Shown in pieces: positions 51,560 to 64,000 of a stretch of 64,000 nt of DNA; positions within the stretch are counted from its first letter, which is position 1; each line of letters opens with the position of its first letter. The translations under genes and the position numbers were made by a program. The stretch lies in NCBI GenBank assembly GCA_013265495.1, contig MU058844.1, positions 10,748,184 through 10,812,183 on the forward strand, in the 5' to 3' direction. Under the pieces are notes generated by a model. It was not told where the DNA came from and did not search any database. It was given only the letters and a program-made list of their open reading frames with translations. Origin of the DNA: Vicugna vicugna (lineage: Eukaryota).

Positions 51560-52410
51560 TGGGTCCAAGAAGGGTTTCTGGGGATAGTGACATTTACTGA
51601 GTCTTAAAGGGTGAGAAGGAATCAGCTAGAAAAAAATGAGGGTGCAGAGAAGAAGGATCTTCAGGCTGAAGGAATATTATGACTGAAGAAAAATCATGTT
51701 TTATGAGGGAAAAACAATAGAAGGAGTTGGCATTTCTAGAGAATCAAGTGAGCCTTGAGGGTGAAGAGGGATGAAGCTTTATGGAAGAAAGCATGAACCA
51801 GGTCACGGATGGCCTTGATTGGGAGCTCAGCCTGCTTCTTACAGGAAATGGAGAACTACTGAAGGTTTTTCAAAAGGGGGAAGGCATATTTGCACGGTTG
51901 ATGTAGACTTCCCCAGCAGCGTTGGGAGGATTAAGACTGAAGGCAGGAGACCTGTTAGGAGTCTAGGGAAGAGATGATGACAGATGTGATAAGGACGGGG
52001 TAGGGAGGTGGGCACAGATTCTTTCGTTGCACTTGGATGATACTAAGGAGGTAAAACTTAAGAAGGATGTTGGGGTAATGGAGAAAAACAACATGGCACC
52101 GGCCCTCTCCTATCCTGGTTGGATGGTCATATCCACAAATGCTTAGGAATACAGAAGACAGAGTACAGAGAATAGGGAAACCAACAGTGGATACCTGGAG
52201 AAGGAAGTATCTAGGAGCAAGGAAGGGAAGCTGTCTAGTAGGCAGTGGGACATACGGGTCTGAGGTTGGGGAGAAAGGTTACAGTGGAATGTAATGGATT
52301 TCAGGGTAGTCGGAGCACGTAAGTGGCAGCTGAAACCATGGGAAGAGATGAGAGCAAAACAGAGTACTGAGGACAGACGGTTGTGGAGTTAAGAGTATTT
52401 AAAGAGCCAG
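51560..52410 (-). mobile_element. L2 LINE fragment
   Basis: 'gtgacatttactgagtcttaaagggtgagaagg...ggaaatggagaactactgaaggtttt...gtctagtaggcagtgggacatacgggtctgagg...gctgaaaccatggga'. Confidence 0.8.
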
Positions 52411-54394
52411 CAGGACATTTAATTTCCTGGAAACTTTGATAATAACTACTTCATTTTTGTGTTGTAAAACTGGTAGAAGATAACATGTGTGGTATTTGAC
52501 TCAACTTTGATGTTTACTAAATGCTCCTTTTTCTTTCTAGTTTCTATGCTAGGGCTGTTTGCTTTATTACCTAGCAGAGGTAGTTTACTATTTTAAAGAA
52601 GACTCAATAGTTTGCCATCCATTTCTGCACCAATACTTGCACATAAAAATTGTACATAGACTGGAATGAAATGGCTTGTCTATTCAAATCACACACAAGA
52701 AATTTCCCTTATGTTACACTACAAAAATGTTCAACTCTATGATATGCAATCAAAATTTGAACAACCTCCTCCATTAACCATTGTGCACACATTTCTAGAA
52801 ACATCTACTTCATTATTAAAATCATAATTTTAGCTGGAATGTGACAAATACATAACTAGTATTAAGTGTACAGTGAAACAGCAAAATGGCTTATTCGAGC
52901 ATGCAATTCGCAAGTTCAAGGTGATGGGGTAAGTGATAATATAGTTCCAGGATAAAGGATCTTGTCAAGGGTCATTTCTATAATGATCAAATTATGTGAT
53001 GGAATCAGCATATAAAGAAGTCAGGGTCCAGAGCAGGGAGGTCAGATGGACAAAAGGGAACCTTCACAGGCTCTGCGCTATAGATTTTCTACCCTATGTG
53101 TTCATCCTGATACACATTTATTTAGTAAATACAACTATCTTAAGTTGATGATAGCCATTTGTGGAAAATTTTTGAACATTTAGGCTCTAACCCCTAATCA
53201 TGAAAATTAGGAGTTTTAAGCTGGTACCCTGAGAGTTCTAGAATTTTTTTCCCCCAAAATGAACATAAGCATTCATGATAGCTGGCTACCACCAACTATG
53301 TTGTAAGTCTGACCTAGTTCTTACGCGGGATGAAGACTGGTTTGATAATCTTCTCTGTGCAACCTATGTATTTCCCCTTACAGCTTTTTAATTTTTTTTA
53401 AGCTAAAAATCCAGTCCTGTGCTAGAGGCAGGTGAGCTGTCTGCAGCTCTGCATCCCCTGTGCAGAAACAGGGGTCCACCAGGCCCGTAGCTGCTGCTCC
53501 TGACAGGGGACTGATCGCATCCGTGCTTACAATGTTGGGAGCTTTTTGCTTGATACGCGTTCACTCTCAGAGTGATGGTGTGGAACTGCAGTCAGCAGTC
53601 AGCCACTGTGGAGCTGGTTGCTCCTTCTGAAATTGAAATAGATTGGCTGAGGGAACGTGCAGAACAGCAGTTGGTGAATTTAACACGGAGCACTGTTGGC
53701 CCACACGGATAATGACTGCATGATACTGCGGCACAGAAAAGGAAAGGGGAAACCCACTTAAGAATGTAGTATTTCTCAATACGTACCTTGGCATCAAGAA
53801 TGTAAACAGAACAGACCTTTCCTGTTTTCACTGCAGTAAAACTGAATGAAGAGGGAATTTAATTAGCTTATGAATGATTTTACTGGAACCGCCATGTCTG
53901 GCTAGTCTGTCCTTGTATATTACTGCTAGATTTAATGTTCCCAATAATAGGACTTTAAGAAGCAACTCCTAAGCTCAAGAATTTATCCTTGATCCAGAAT
54001 TGAAATGCTTTTTTGTTTCTCTTTATTATTCACCCATCTTTCCATGCATGTTCTTCCATCTACAGACGTAATTCTGGATTCTCTATAGGTCCTGATAGAA
54101 CTCTAGTTGCCCACCCTCCCTGGAGTGCGAAATAAAGGACTTGCCCATCCAATCCTTTAGAGGTGTAACTCAGATTTGGGTATAGGCCTTAAGATCTAGA
54201 GATGCATAAGAAATTCTCTTTGACCCCCTAGAGCTCAAAATTGAGTAGAAAAAGAGAATACAGTGAATACTTATGTTACAACAAAGTGAGTGTAACATAC
54301 AATGGGAAGTCAAAATAGACAACGACTAGGAGGTTGGTTGGTTAGGGGAGGACTGACGTCCCAAAAAGCAGAGGCAAAGGCTGGTACAAGCAGG

Positions 54395-54510
54395 TAAAGC
54401 AGTGACTTTGGACTCAGAAATCCTGGGTTGGAATCCCAATTCGCTCGTGTCACACATGTTACATTGATTCTCTAAGCTTTGTGTTCCCATCTACAAAGTG
54501 GGAGATTCAT
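54395..54510 (+). mobile_element. MIR SINE
   Basis: 'gactttggactcagaaatcctgggttggaatccc...tctctaagctttgtgttcccatctacaaagtggg'. Confidence 0.75.
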
Positions 54511-54784
54511 GAGACTTTTTTTTTTTTGCTTTATTAGAGATTTTGTGTACCTCCTAAACCAGTACCTCAGCTCCCCATAGAGGAAATACTTTGTTTTCTA
54601 GTTTCTTAACTTTTACTTCATTGTCCATCGTGCACGTCCCTGCCAGTGGAAAATCCCATCCACCTCTCCGAGTGAATGCACAGACCAATCCTAAACTTCT
54701 CTGGGCTCTCTGGCCTCATGTTCTGCATTCCCTATGGACACGGTGGTGCCACTAACAACAAGAACAACAGCAGTGATGACAGAA

Positions 54785-55000
54785 ACTCTGAACATGGACT
54801 GAGGCTCAATTTGTTTGGCTGTTACTTGCTTTCCATAAATGCTCTCAATCCTTATTCTACTTACTAAGTGGGCATTATTATTTCCATTTAAGTGACAAAG
54901 AATCTGAAACTCAGACAATACGAATGACATTTCCAAATCCATCTGGCTGGTTAGTGATAGAACTGGGTACCAGACCGTTCTCACTTCAAAGGTTGTCTGC
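54785..55000 (-). mobile_element. MIR SINE
   Basis: 'ggcattattatttccattta...gaatctgaaactcaga...ggctggttagtgatagaactggg'. Confidence 0.7.
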
Positions 55001-57298
55001 TACCATTTTCACGTTGCTAGAGTCTACTAGAGCTACTCCTTGTAGCTGTCAGAGTCGGAAGAAAAAACTGTGGGAACTTGATACATACTTGGTTGACTGA
55101 CAAGTACATGGTCTCAGAACTGTTCTAGAAATCCTCAAAGCAGTCCTAAATTGTGGAAGGACAGTCTCTAGAAGGGGGCCTCGATGGTGTGCTGAGTGAT
55201 AAAAAAACAGTGCAATGTGTTCAAACATCTGGCATCTCCCAGATGCCCAAGAAAAATGTTTAATGACAATTTAAGAAAAGTACTAATATTCTCTAATGTC
55301 AGTGAAGAAAGCTGTGTTTACTTTATGGTTCTGTGGGAATAACACAATGTTCTTGTGCAGAGGCTAGATGATCCTAGCCTTCTTAGGACGCCTTTTTGAT
55401 CTTTTACGTAGGGGTGGTGAAAAATTTGTCTCGCCAGTGCTATGTTTTCGACGGAAATAGAGTTATCAAGGCAGAGAAATGAAAAGCTTTTCCAAAGCTT
55501 ATGGGGTAGAGTCAATGGCAGATTTATTTATTTAATTATGTGGTTTTGTCGCTGTTCAGGGACTACTCACTTGCGTTGAGGTGGTGGGATGTGAAATTGT
55601 GAGAACTGAGCTGAATATATGCATAAGGAAACATTAAGAGATGTGGCATGTGGGAAAATTCTTGTCTCTAAGTGTAACTGAACGCTATAGCTAACAAGAA
55701 TAATTGTTGGATCTTCTCTTTAGATAGTTATTTTTCTGGAATTACTTGCAACTCAGACCTTCCCAGAGGCAAGGAAAATGGAGCTAGAGATGTTTTTGAA
55801 AACTCTTTTCAGAGTTGTAATTTTGTAATATTGTAATAAATTCCGAGCTGACCATGGGGAGTGTGTTGTTCTGCACAAGCATTTTACTGCTACTAGGAAT
55901 TTACAATAGTTGGAGATAATTTACTATTTTATGAAGCATAACGGAATAATTGCACCATTTTCAACTTTAAAGAGAAAAGAGTGGCAGAAATCTGGTCAGG
56001 ATGATAAATGATTCACATCCGCCTGTGACTGTTTCCTTTTAAAAATGCAGAATCGGTGTGTACACTAACATGTTTATTTAGTGTTTAGGTTTTCACTTTT
56101 AAAATATTTTAATCTTCATTTGAGTCGAATCTTTCCAATTTGATGTTTTTTGAGTTTGTGTGAATAATGTGGACATTTTCAGTTTTAGATATTATTTTGC
56201 TTATACACGGCACACACATTGACTTCACAATCTAGTAGACCTTCCCCTCAAAGACAAATCAGTGTTTTGACAAGAAGTGAACATCCATATAGGCCTGGCC
56301 AACAGTCTCCTTATATGTCCCGTATTTTGTGAACATATTTCCAATAGCTATATTTTGTCTTGACTCAGGGTTGCACTCATGACTTAGCGTCGAATGCTGA
56401 CTGAAGGAACTTCCCCAGAGTTGGATAAAACCACAGAGGAAGCCCTGTAGGAGGAGTTGTTGGTCAGCTGGGTTGCTCTTTGTAGCTCAGGATTTAAATC
56501 GGGTGGGGTAGGTGAGAGCAGTGACAGCAACATTAGCCCTTTGCCTTGAAGTCACAGCAATTACCTCATCAAGCTTCTAAAAGGCATGACTCCACCTCCT
56601 CTCACCTTTGGATTATTGTACAGGTACCAGGGATGAATAGAGTTTCCAAGCTGTCCTGTGAGTGGAAATCCAACAGTAAGGAAAAGATTTTCTGTTGGGA
56701 TCCACACTGCATGGGTGGAGTGAATTACTGCCTTGACTTTTTTCCTCAAAGCCAAGCTCTTCCACGCCAAGGCTTTGCATGAAACTTCCTTCTCTCTCAC
56801 TTACTTATCCTTCAGATTTCACTGTATTCAAAGAGCCACCTTAATCCACCAAAGCAGCATGGATTCTCCTCGTCGGTGTTCCCACACTGCCCAGCTGTTT
56901 CCCTCAGCAGAAGCATATCAGGCTCTTGCCTTGTCTTTCACTACACCGCTCGTTTGGCGAAGGTGAGGGTTGTGGAGCTCTGCTTACCATTTACCTCCAG
57001 AATATATCACGCTCCCCGTCATGCAGTCGGAACCCAGAAAACATCAATCAAATGAACGGATGGAAGCAACAGGGGCAGGGAGACAAAATAATCAGAGATA
57101 ATTTCTCATTTTTGAGGCAGAGGTAAATAGAGCTATGGGGACCCTGCGAACACCTATGATGAATTTGAGTACCCCATGGGTTGACTCAGACCAGAACCCC
57201 AGTAGCAGTTTTCTGGGAAGTGGGGTCAATGGTATGCAAATTTTTTATTAAAACTTCACATTTCCCTGATACGTAATGCTGTCTTCTTTGTTCTCTAG

Positions 57299-57550
57299 CA
57301 ATATTTCCTAAAGTTGGCATGGAATATGAATAGATGTGAAAGGAAAAGAAATGGATTATATGGTCACCTAAGATTGGAAGGCAATGGGTTGAATCAAGTT
57401 AAATCGGTTTCATATTTAGGCAGGCTATATCGGACTTCACTATGCTAATATACGGTACATATCTCCAAAGGAAAAAGACATGTACCATTTCCAAGATGCA
57501 ACTGACAATAGAAATTTTCTTTTTTAGACCACGGAATTTGTAACACCAAG
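57299..57550. mobile_element. MER103C-like hAT-Charlie DNA transposon
   Basis: 'caatatttcctaaag...tggtcacctaagattggaaggcaatgggttgaatcaagttaaa...ctatgctaatatacggtacatatctccaa'. Confidence 0.65.
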
Positions 57551-58419
57551 TTTTTCGGCCACCTAATACAGTACAGTTTGTAAGTCATATGTCTTTAGCA
57601 TAAAATATCTATTTCAAAGGACTATTTATTCAATACCCATAAGTGCAAGATTCAATGGTATGGCACTATGACAAGTATCTTCTTATTCTATTTGATAAAA
57701 CATCATTAAATCATTGAAGTTCATCATCTAAGACATGTAGGGATGTCAATTGTTAAAATCATATTGAGGACTATCTATTTATTATCAGTACAATTAAAAT
57801 TGATACATGATACCTAAAGTATTTTGGCTAACTTATATGTGAAACATAGCTATCCCCAAAATGACTCCCTTTGAAAATAGCAATCAAAAGTGACTTGACC
57901 TTCCTGTGAATTGAAAGATATCCAGGCTTGCTCATTCATCAGCAGCTAACTAGACAAGTTCATTATCTCTTTATATACTTCTGTTGGTATTCGAGGATGA
58001 GTCTAAAGAAACCCTTTTATTAGTCTAATTTATAGGCCTTTTCTTTGTCTGCACTTTGCCAGTTTAGATGTCACCTGTAATAACTATGAAAAATTGCTGT
58101 GTGCTCCATCTTCTTCTTTTTCTTTCTAAATCAGCAATCGAAGTTGTCTACAACTACCAGAGGGAGTTTAGTTCGAAAAAATAACAAATCTAATTTAACT
58201 GTACTGAGTTGCAATCTCTTGCCCTGACAGGCATTTTCTTTAGTATGAAAACTCATCAGTGGGGACTCTCTTAAAACTGTTTCATCCATTCTAGGGGAAT
58301 AAAATAAAAACGTGTTTATTTTAGATCACATAAATATTTTCTGTCCTATAATGGTGTAATTAAATGATGCTACTTTATCATACTTAGCTTTGAAAACTTG
58401 AGTTTTTATTGCATCCTAC

Positions 58420-58890
58420 ATACACCAGGCAGATAAATCTTTATAAATCCCACTACCCGTCATGTCATTCTGCTGCTTGAAATTCTCATTGGCTCCCCAT
58501 TGCTCATCAAATTATGAATACATTCCTTAGCCTGGTAATTAAGGTCCTAACGTTTGATTTTTCTTCACCAATTTTCTGCCTTTATCACTCTAATTCAGCT
58601 GGTTTTCCCCAAAATGTGCCCCACAACTTCCTGTCTTGTAGTTTCTTTTAATGTCTCCATGTCTCCCAGCATGACCACCTTTATCCTTGTTCTTTGAAAG
58701 GCAGTCAGTTCTTAAGCTTCCTCTCAGTTTCTACCACTTCCAAGAGTCTGTTCTTAATCCAGTCTACTGGATGCTCATCACTTTCTTTTGGGAGCCCACA
58801 ATCCTGTTTTTAAACCTTCATATGTCTACCACATTACATGATGCTTGGCACATAGATTTAGTTATTTAATAAAGATTTGTCTAGTGAGCT
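58420..58890 (+). mobile_element. L2 3' region
   Basis: 'catgtcattctgctgcttgaaattctcattggctccccattgct...attccttagcctgg...atgcttggcacatag...aataaagatttgt'. Confidence 0.75.
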
Positions 58891-59204
58891 AGTGACTTTC
58901 TTGTAGCGTCTCTTTCTTGCCTTGAGTTAAAACTACCTGCGTTCTTCTCTAATCCTTTCAACTGAACTTTAAGCTCCAAGAAGGGCAAAGGTTCTATTAC
59001 TTACTACCTCTCTGCTCTGCGATAAACAGTTACTGAATTGAAGAACACTCTTATTTCGTCCATTAAACTCGAAAGCTAAAAATTTCTGTAGCACGCGTCA
59101 ACACAGTAAACTTTGTCGGAGTGTGAAATCTGGTATACCAGAATTCTGTAGCTCTTGTACTTTGTCTAGGGTACTGATTTCTCATCTGAGTTGTAAGAAA
59201 AACA

Positions 59205-59350
59205 GCAGTGGACGTAAAGTCCAAACACTTGAGTTTGAGCCTTGTTTCACTGTAGCTCTTGTGACCTTACAGGGTTTGATGACTAACTGTGTTAATGCCT
59301 CTGGAGAGCTTGATACAGTCCCCACACATGGTAATGTTAAATATATAGAC
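59205..59350 (+). mobile_element. MIR SINE (degraded)
   Basis: 'acttgagtttgagccttgtttcactgtagctcttgtgacctt...acagtccccacacatggtaa'. Confidence 0.55.
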
Positions 59351-60079
59351 TATTACTAGTATTGTTACAGTTATTACTATACTATCACCCAGCATCCCTG
59401 TGAGAAGAAACTTGCATGTTTTCATTTCAGTCACTAGAATATTATGAATGAATTTATGGGGAGGGGAATGGAGGTCATAACCATATTTGATACAAATAAA
59501 TTAAGAAAAACAGTAATTTAAGAAATACTATATTAAAAATTCTAATTGTGGCATTTATATGAAACAACTTGATTTTTAAATTTCCTTTCTGATTACAAAA
59601 GTAATAGGTAAATAGTGAAAAATATGTTAATACTGTAATATTTAAATATGTAAATATTGTAGGGATTTTTTTTTAATCCACAAATATATTAGGTAGAAAA
59701 TCAAAATGTATTGTGATCTTACAGCTGAGATTTCCATTTACCCACTTACATTCCTTCAGAAATGGGACTTTTTTTTGAAAAGACCTCTTTATGAAGATTT
59801 CCTAAATTAGGCATATACAAGAAAAAAGATACCACTTAAGAATTTTACATCGTTTTCATTATGAGTGAAAGCTTTATCAACGATTTTTAAATGACTGTTC
59901 TGGCATCCTATAAACTGAGTGTCTGAATGAAAGAGTTTAACTTCATTATTTAGGTACCGTTTACGTACAATTGACACGTAGAATCTGTTCACTCTTTCTT
60001 CCTGCTGTCCTTTGTTCATACGGACCCCTCCTTCCCTCTCATTCCCAGCCTCATTCTTCCAGATTTTTTTTTTTTAGTG

Positions 60080-60800
60080 GAATATATTTGGACATTGGAA
60101 CTACGCCCTTAGCATCCTGTCCTTTTATGTCCATTCTTTCTTGGCAGACATATCCCACCAACAGTCAGGGCTTCAGCTACAATCTGAACATTGATGATAC
60201 TCCAATCTACATTTCCAACCAGAGCTTTTCCCTTTATTTCAGTTTTCCATTTTCCACTGCTGGCTGGATATCTGCTGGAATCTCAGATCAGCATGCCCAC
60301 AGCTGAGTCATCATCTTCTGACTCAAATCAGGACCCCCTGTACTTATTCACTTGGTCACAAAGTCCTGTCAACCTGACCTCCGTAATGTCTGCAGTTCAT
60401 TCTCTCCTTGTGGTCTCTATTGTAGATTCTGACTCAAATCAGGCCCCCCTGTACTTATTCACTTGGTCACAAAGTCCTGTCAACCTGACCTCCGTAATGT
60501 CTGCAGTTCATTCTCTCCTTGTGGTCTCTATTGTAGATGTAATTAAACTGCTTCTTAACTGATTTTCTACTTCTGTATCTCCAGTATCCATAACATTCTG
60601 TAAATAACTGCTCTGCTAATCTTTCCAAAGCCTAAGACTGATACATCACTTCCCTGCTCAAAAACTATTAATGATTCTCCCCTGCTTAAGGAATAGTCTG
60701 GTATTCCACATTCAACTTATTCTGGTTCCAGTTATATTTTTAGACTTATCTTCCATTACTTTCTCGTATGTTACAGTCAAACTGAACTAAACGTATTCCT
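60080..60800 (+). mobile_element. L2 LINE fragment containing a 111-bp tandem duplication
   Basis: 'ggcttcagctacaatctgaacattgatgatactccaatctacatttccaacc', 'catcacttccctgctcaaaaactattaatgattctcccctgc'. Confidence 0.75.
60316..60537. repeat. Direct tandem duplication, 2 x 111 bp
   Basis: 60316-60426 and 60427-60537 are identical except 60333 A vs 60444 C. Confidence 0.97.
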
Positions 60801-60824
60801 CAAATGCTCTAAAATAGTCACTTT

Positions 60825-61030
60825 TATTAGTGTCAAACACTTGGCTAAGCCTTTTACATGCATTATACCTATTAATACTCAGTACAAGTAGTAAGGTAGG
60901 CATCATCATTATTTTTGCATAAAAATGTAGAAGCTGAGGCCTGAAAAATAGGAAAGTTGGCTGATACTAACAGATTAGGAAGCAGAAGAATTAGAGTTTG
61001 AAGACAAGCCAGTTGCTTCTGAAACACAGG
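60825..61030 (-). mobile_element. MIR SINE
   Basis: 'gctaagccttttacatgcatta...aaggtaggcatcatcatta...gtagaagctgaggcctga'. Confidence 0.7.
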
Positions 61031-61099
61031 TGTGTTCAATGGCTGTATCTGATTCCTTCCTGGGTTCATGCTGAAGATTTATTCAGTATTTTCTTAAAA

Positions 61100-61700
61100 T
61101 TTATTTTAATATTCAGCTTAATTATTTAACATTTATTCAGATATCTTATTTCTAGAAAGTCCTACCTTACAAAAAGGCCCTTGTCACACCTCTTTTAGCC
61201 AATGCCATCACTGTGATGTTATCTTATTTTATGTATGTGAAGAACTTATCAATGTCAGAGTTTGTTTACTGGAATGAATGAGCGTTAAGGTCTAGTCAGC
61301 TTTATTCAACCACTCTGCCTAGCCCGAGAAAAGGTATATAACAGTCTGGTAAATCAGTATTGGTTTAATGAACAAAGAGATCTTCATTTATTAAAAGCTT
61401 GCCAGTCCTTCAATATCCAAATTAAAACCACCACTTCAAAAATAGTGATTTCCACATCTTCCCTGTTACTTCCCAAATCGTACTGGTTATGATCACTCTT
61501 TTGTCCTTGAACTGTCTTAGCACTTGGTACCCATTAGGAAACATGCCATCTACACATTGTGCATGTTGTATATTGTGTCTTTACATCCCATGCCCCGCTG
61601 GTTTGTAAGTTCCTGGAGGGCCACTGTCATCTATTCAGTTCTGTAAGTGCCCAAACTCCTTATTTATATGCTTTCTGTAGTTTCTCAGTAAATCTCTATT
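61100..61700 (+). mobile_element. L2 3' fragments
   Basis: Two L2-tail-like ends: 'taaatcagtattggtttaatgaa' and 'tttgtaagttcctggagggc...ttctcagtaaat'. Confidence 0.55.
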
Positions 61701-62819
61701 AAACTTTCAAAAGCAGTTCTTCATATTCTGAGGCACATTTGGAGATGAATATTTTGTAATGGAATAGACCAAACTACAAAAAATTCATTTTGACTCGATT
61801 GTATGCTGTCAACACAATATTTTTGATAGTAACTTACCATATAATGTTGTAATATACTGCTAAAGAAAAACTATTTTCCAATGACAACAGCTCATGATAA
61901 TACAGCAAAACAACAAATCCTGGGTAGCTAGTATTAAAATTTTTATTTTCTTCACTCTGGCAATATCCTTGTCTATTTGCTACGTCCAAGTGCTTAAAAC
62001 ATGCATTTGAAATACCTATCAAGTTATATTTACAAATCCAGGTATAAGAAAAATTCCTAGCGTGGGTGAGAAAATTGGTTTTAAGAGATCCTCATTCTTT
62101 GGTATTACTTGTTAAAGATTCTTAGTAATTCATGTTCACACATATGAAAAAAAAACTGCCTGGGCAGAGCAAACCCTTTTAAAATCTGATCAGTGATCCC
62201 AGATACATTTAAATCAGGAAAGTGGAGTTGCACACTAATAGGTTACATCCTTTTCATTTTTATGAATCTAACAATAGTTACTTAAAATGTGTTTTTAAAA
62301 TTTTAGATAAAATAAATATTATGCTATATAGTTTGATTAAAAAAAAAACTTTAAGTAACTCTTAAGTAAGTCTATACGTACTTACATAAAGACTGACCTG
62401 GTAGACAGTAGGTATATTTTTTTAAGTGAAGTTTTTCAACAAACAACTTTCTACTCCTAATTCCAGATTATCAATATAAGAAAAGGGATAGATGGATAAA
62501 ACAAACAAAAAACATGCAAAAAAATATATCCCTTAAGAATTTTCTTATTCTGGAAATTATTATTTTCCTTCTTTCACTCAGAATATTTTGAAGTGTCTGT
62601 GCAAAGCAAAAACAAGAGTAATCTATTTTAAAAGTACTCTAGATGGAAGATTCAGGGTTTTTCTTTTATTTGCTTACTTCCATTTTTTATGTCTTCCCAT
62701 TTTTTTGAATGAACACATTTTTCACATAGTCAATAATAAGAAAAATGAATGCCAAGACAAATAAAATGGGCATATATGTCCAGGGAAAGCCATACTGAAT
62801 GTTGCTTAAATGCATTGGC

Positions 62820-63015
62820 TCTAGCATCATTGATTTTGGAAGACAATTCAAATGCTTACTTGACCTTGAGTAGACTGCTCTCTGTACTTCAGTTTTTACA
62901 TCTATAAATTGGGAATGATGACAATACAATTGACGTCATAGATTTGTGAGGAGAAAATGCTTCAATGAATGTAAAACATTTAAGAAAATACATGACAAAT
63001 GTCAACATTCAAGTT
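62820..63015 (+). mobile_element. MIR SINE
   Basis: 'tgaccttgagtag...ctctctgtacttcagtttttacatctataaattgggaatgatgacaatac'. Confidence 0.8.
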
Positions 63016-63229
63016 ATTTCTCAGAGGAGACAAAGGGTGAGTTTATTTCATCAAATTCTATTGGCCACAATCAGGATGGTATTTCAGGGAACAGAGACCA
63101 ACAACTCAGAGACATAAATTGATTCAGAAACGGCTCATCTTACTATTATTGCAAGCCCTAATCTTATTTTATCTGTCTCAGAAATACAAATAACAGCCAA
63201 TGTGATATTTTGGATATATTTATATAGTT

Positions 63230-63770
63230 ACTTATGCAGTGAATATTTGCTGAGTATTTACTTTGTGCCAGGCATCAGAAAGACAGTCAAGATACTTGCT
63301 CTCCTATAGCTTTCATTCCAGTTTGGAAAGAAAGACACAGAAGTAAAAAACAGCATTATTTCAGTTCCGGATAAAGGCTGGGGAGGAAACAGAGCGGCAT
63401 AATGGATGCAGAGTGGCTATGTCTTAAATGCAGCGCTGTTTCAGAAGGGTCTTTTGGAATATCCTTGTTGAGGAGGGACTCTGAGGTCTGGGGGAAGCTT
63501 TCTGGATGGAGGAAGTGTCTTTGTTTCTGATAATTTTAAAAGGTTGGTAGGTACCAGAACCAGCAAAAAGTCTGTGCCAGTAAGAGGGACGGTGGGGGCG
63601 TAGGGAGAAAGAACAGATAAGTGTGCAAGTATATTTCTATGCATAGGGACTGAGTTGTGAATGATCTTTTAGAGAATTTAGATTTTATTCTTAATATAAA
63701 GGAAAGCCATGAGGACGGCGCAAGCAGCAGAGATAGATTATGATTAAAAAGACCAATTAGGAGGAGATAA
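63230..63770 (-). mobile_element. L2 3' region
   Basis: 'aatatttgctgagtatttactttgtgccaggca...ttgctctcctatagctttcattccagt...gaatttagattttattct...ggaaagccat'. Confidence 0.8.
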
Positions 63771-64000
63771 ATTCGAGTAAATGAATTCTAAAAAGATGTC
63801 AGTGTCTGTCAAAGCATCCTTGTGAACTTAACCTTTATGAACAGGTCATTGCATGATTTTCTGAGTGATCTTTCTTGAAGGCAACAACAAAGGAAGAAAT
63901 AATATTTAATGTCTTTCCATTTTTTTCTTTCTTTATCATGCAAAATTATACATAATAGATAATTTACTACTTCAGCCATCTCTAAGTGTATAGCTCTGTG

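Noticed and set aside
60316..60537. CRISPR-like or other prokaryotic repeat array
   Set aside because: Only two contiguous copies with no spacers, in clearly mammalian DNA; nothing prokaryotic or viral-coding is seen in the window.
60191..60562. 123-aa ORF with an internal 37-aa repeat as a repeat protein
   Set aside because: The repeat results from the 111-bp DNA duplication within an L2, and the start codon is not ATG.
1..64000. ORF-track entries as protein-coding genes
   Set aside because: All are short, many start at non-ATG codons or lie in repeats, and none resembles a protein family I recognise; this is expected background for mammalian non-coding DNA.

Overview
AT-rich, CpG-depleted mammalian genomic DNA, most likely intergenic or deep intronic. 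The host is very probably a camelid (camel, alpaca or vicuna), judged from tRNA-derived Vic-1-type SINEs and cetartiodactyl-type L1 3' ends. I recognise no protein-coding gene, and the ORF track looks like background (short, overlapping, often inside repeats). Most of the window is ancient repeats (MIR, L2, L1M, MER20, MER96B, MER103C, a Kanga/Tc2 MITE, an ERVL-type LTR) plus younger L1 3' fragments and SINEs, separated by repeat-free blocks that may be enhancers. Best-supported oddities: (1) a 58-bp L1 5'-UTR tip with its YY1 motif inside an L1 ORF2 3' end, between 16-bp direct repeats; (2) a recent, near-perfect 111-bp tandem duplication inside an old L2; (3) a twin-priming-type inverted L1 fragment; (4) a back-to-back pair of RFX X-boxes; (5) a CpG hairpin holding an MRE next to CCAAT and X-box-like motifs. 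A phase-compatible minus-strand exon chain is noted as speculative. I found no convincing novel biological system. Repeat names come from my recall of consensus sequences, not a search, and boundaries of old repeats are approximate.
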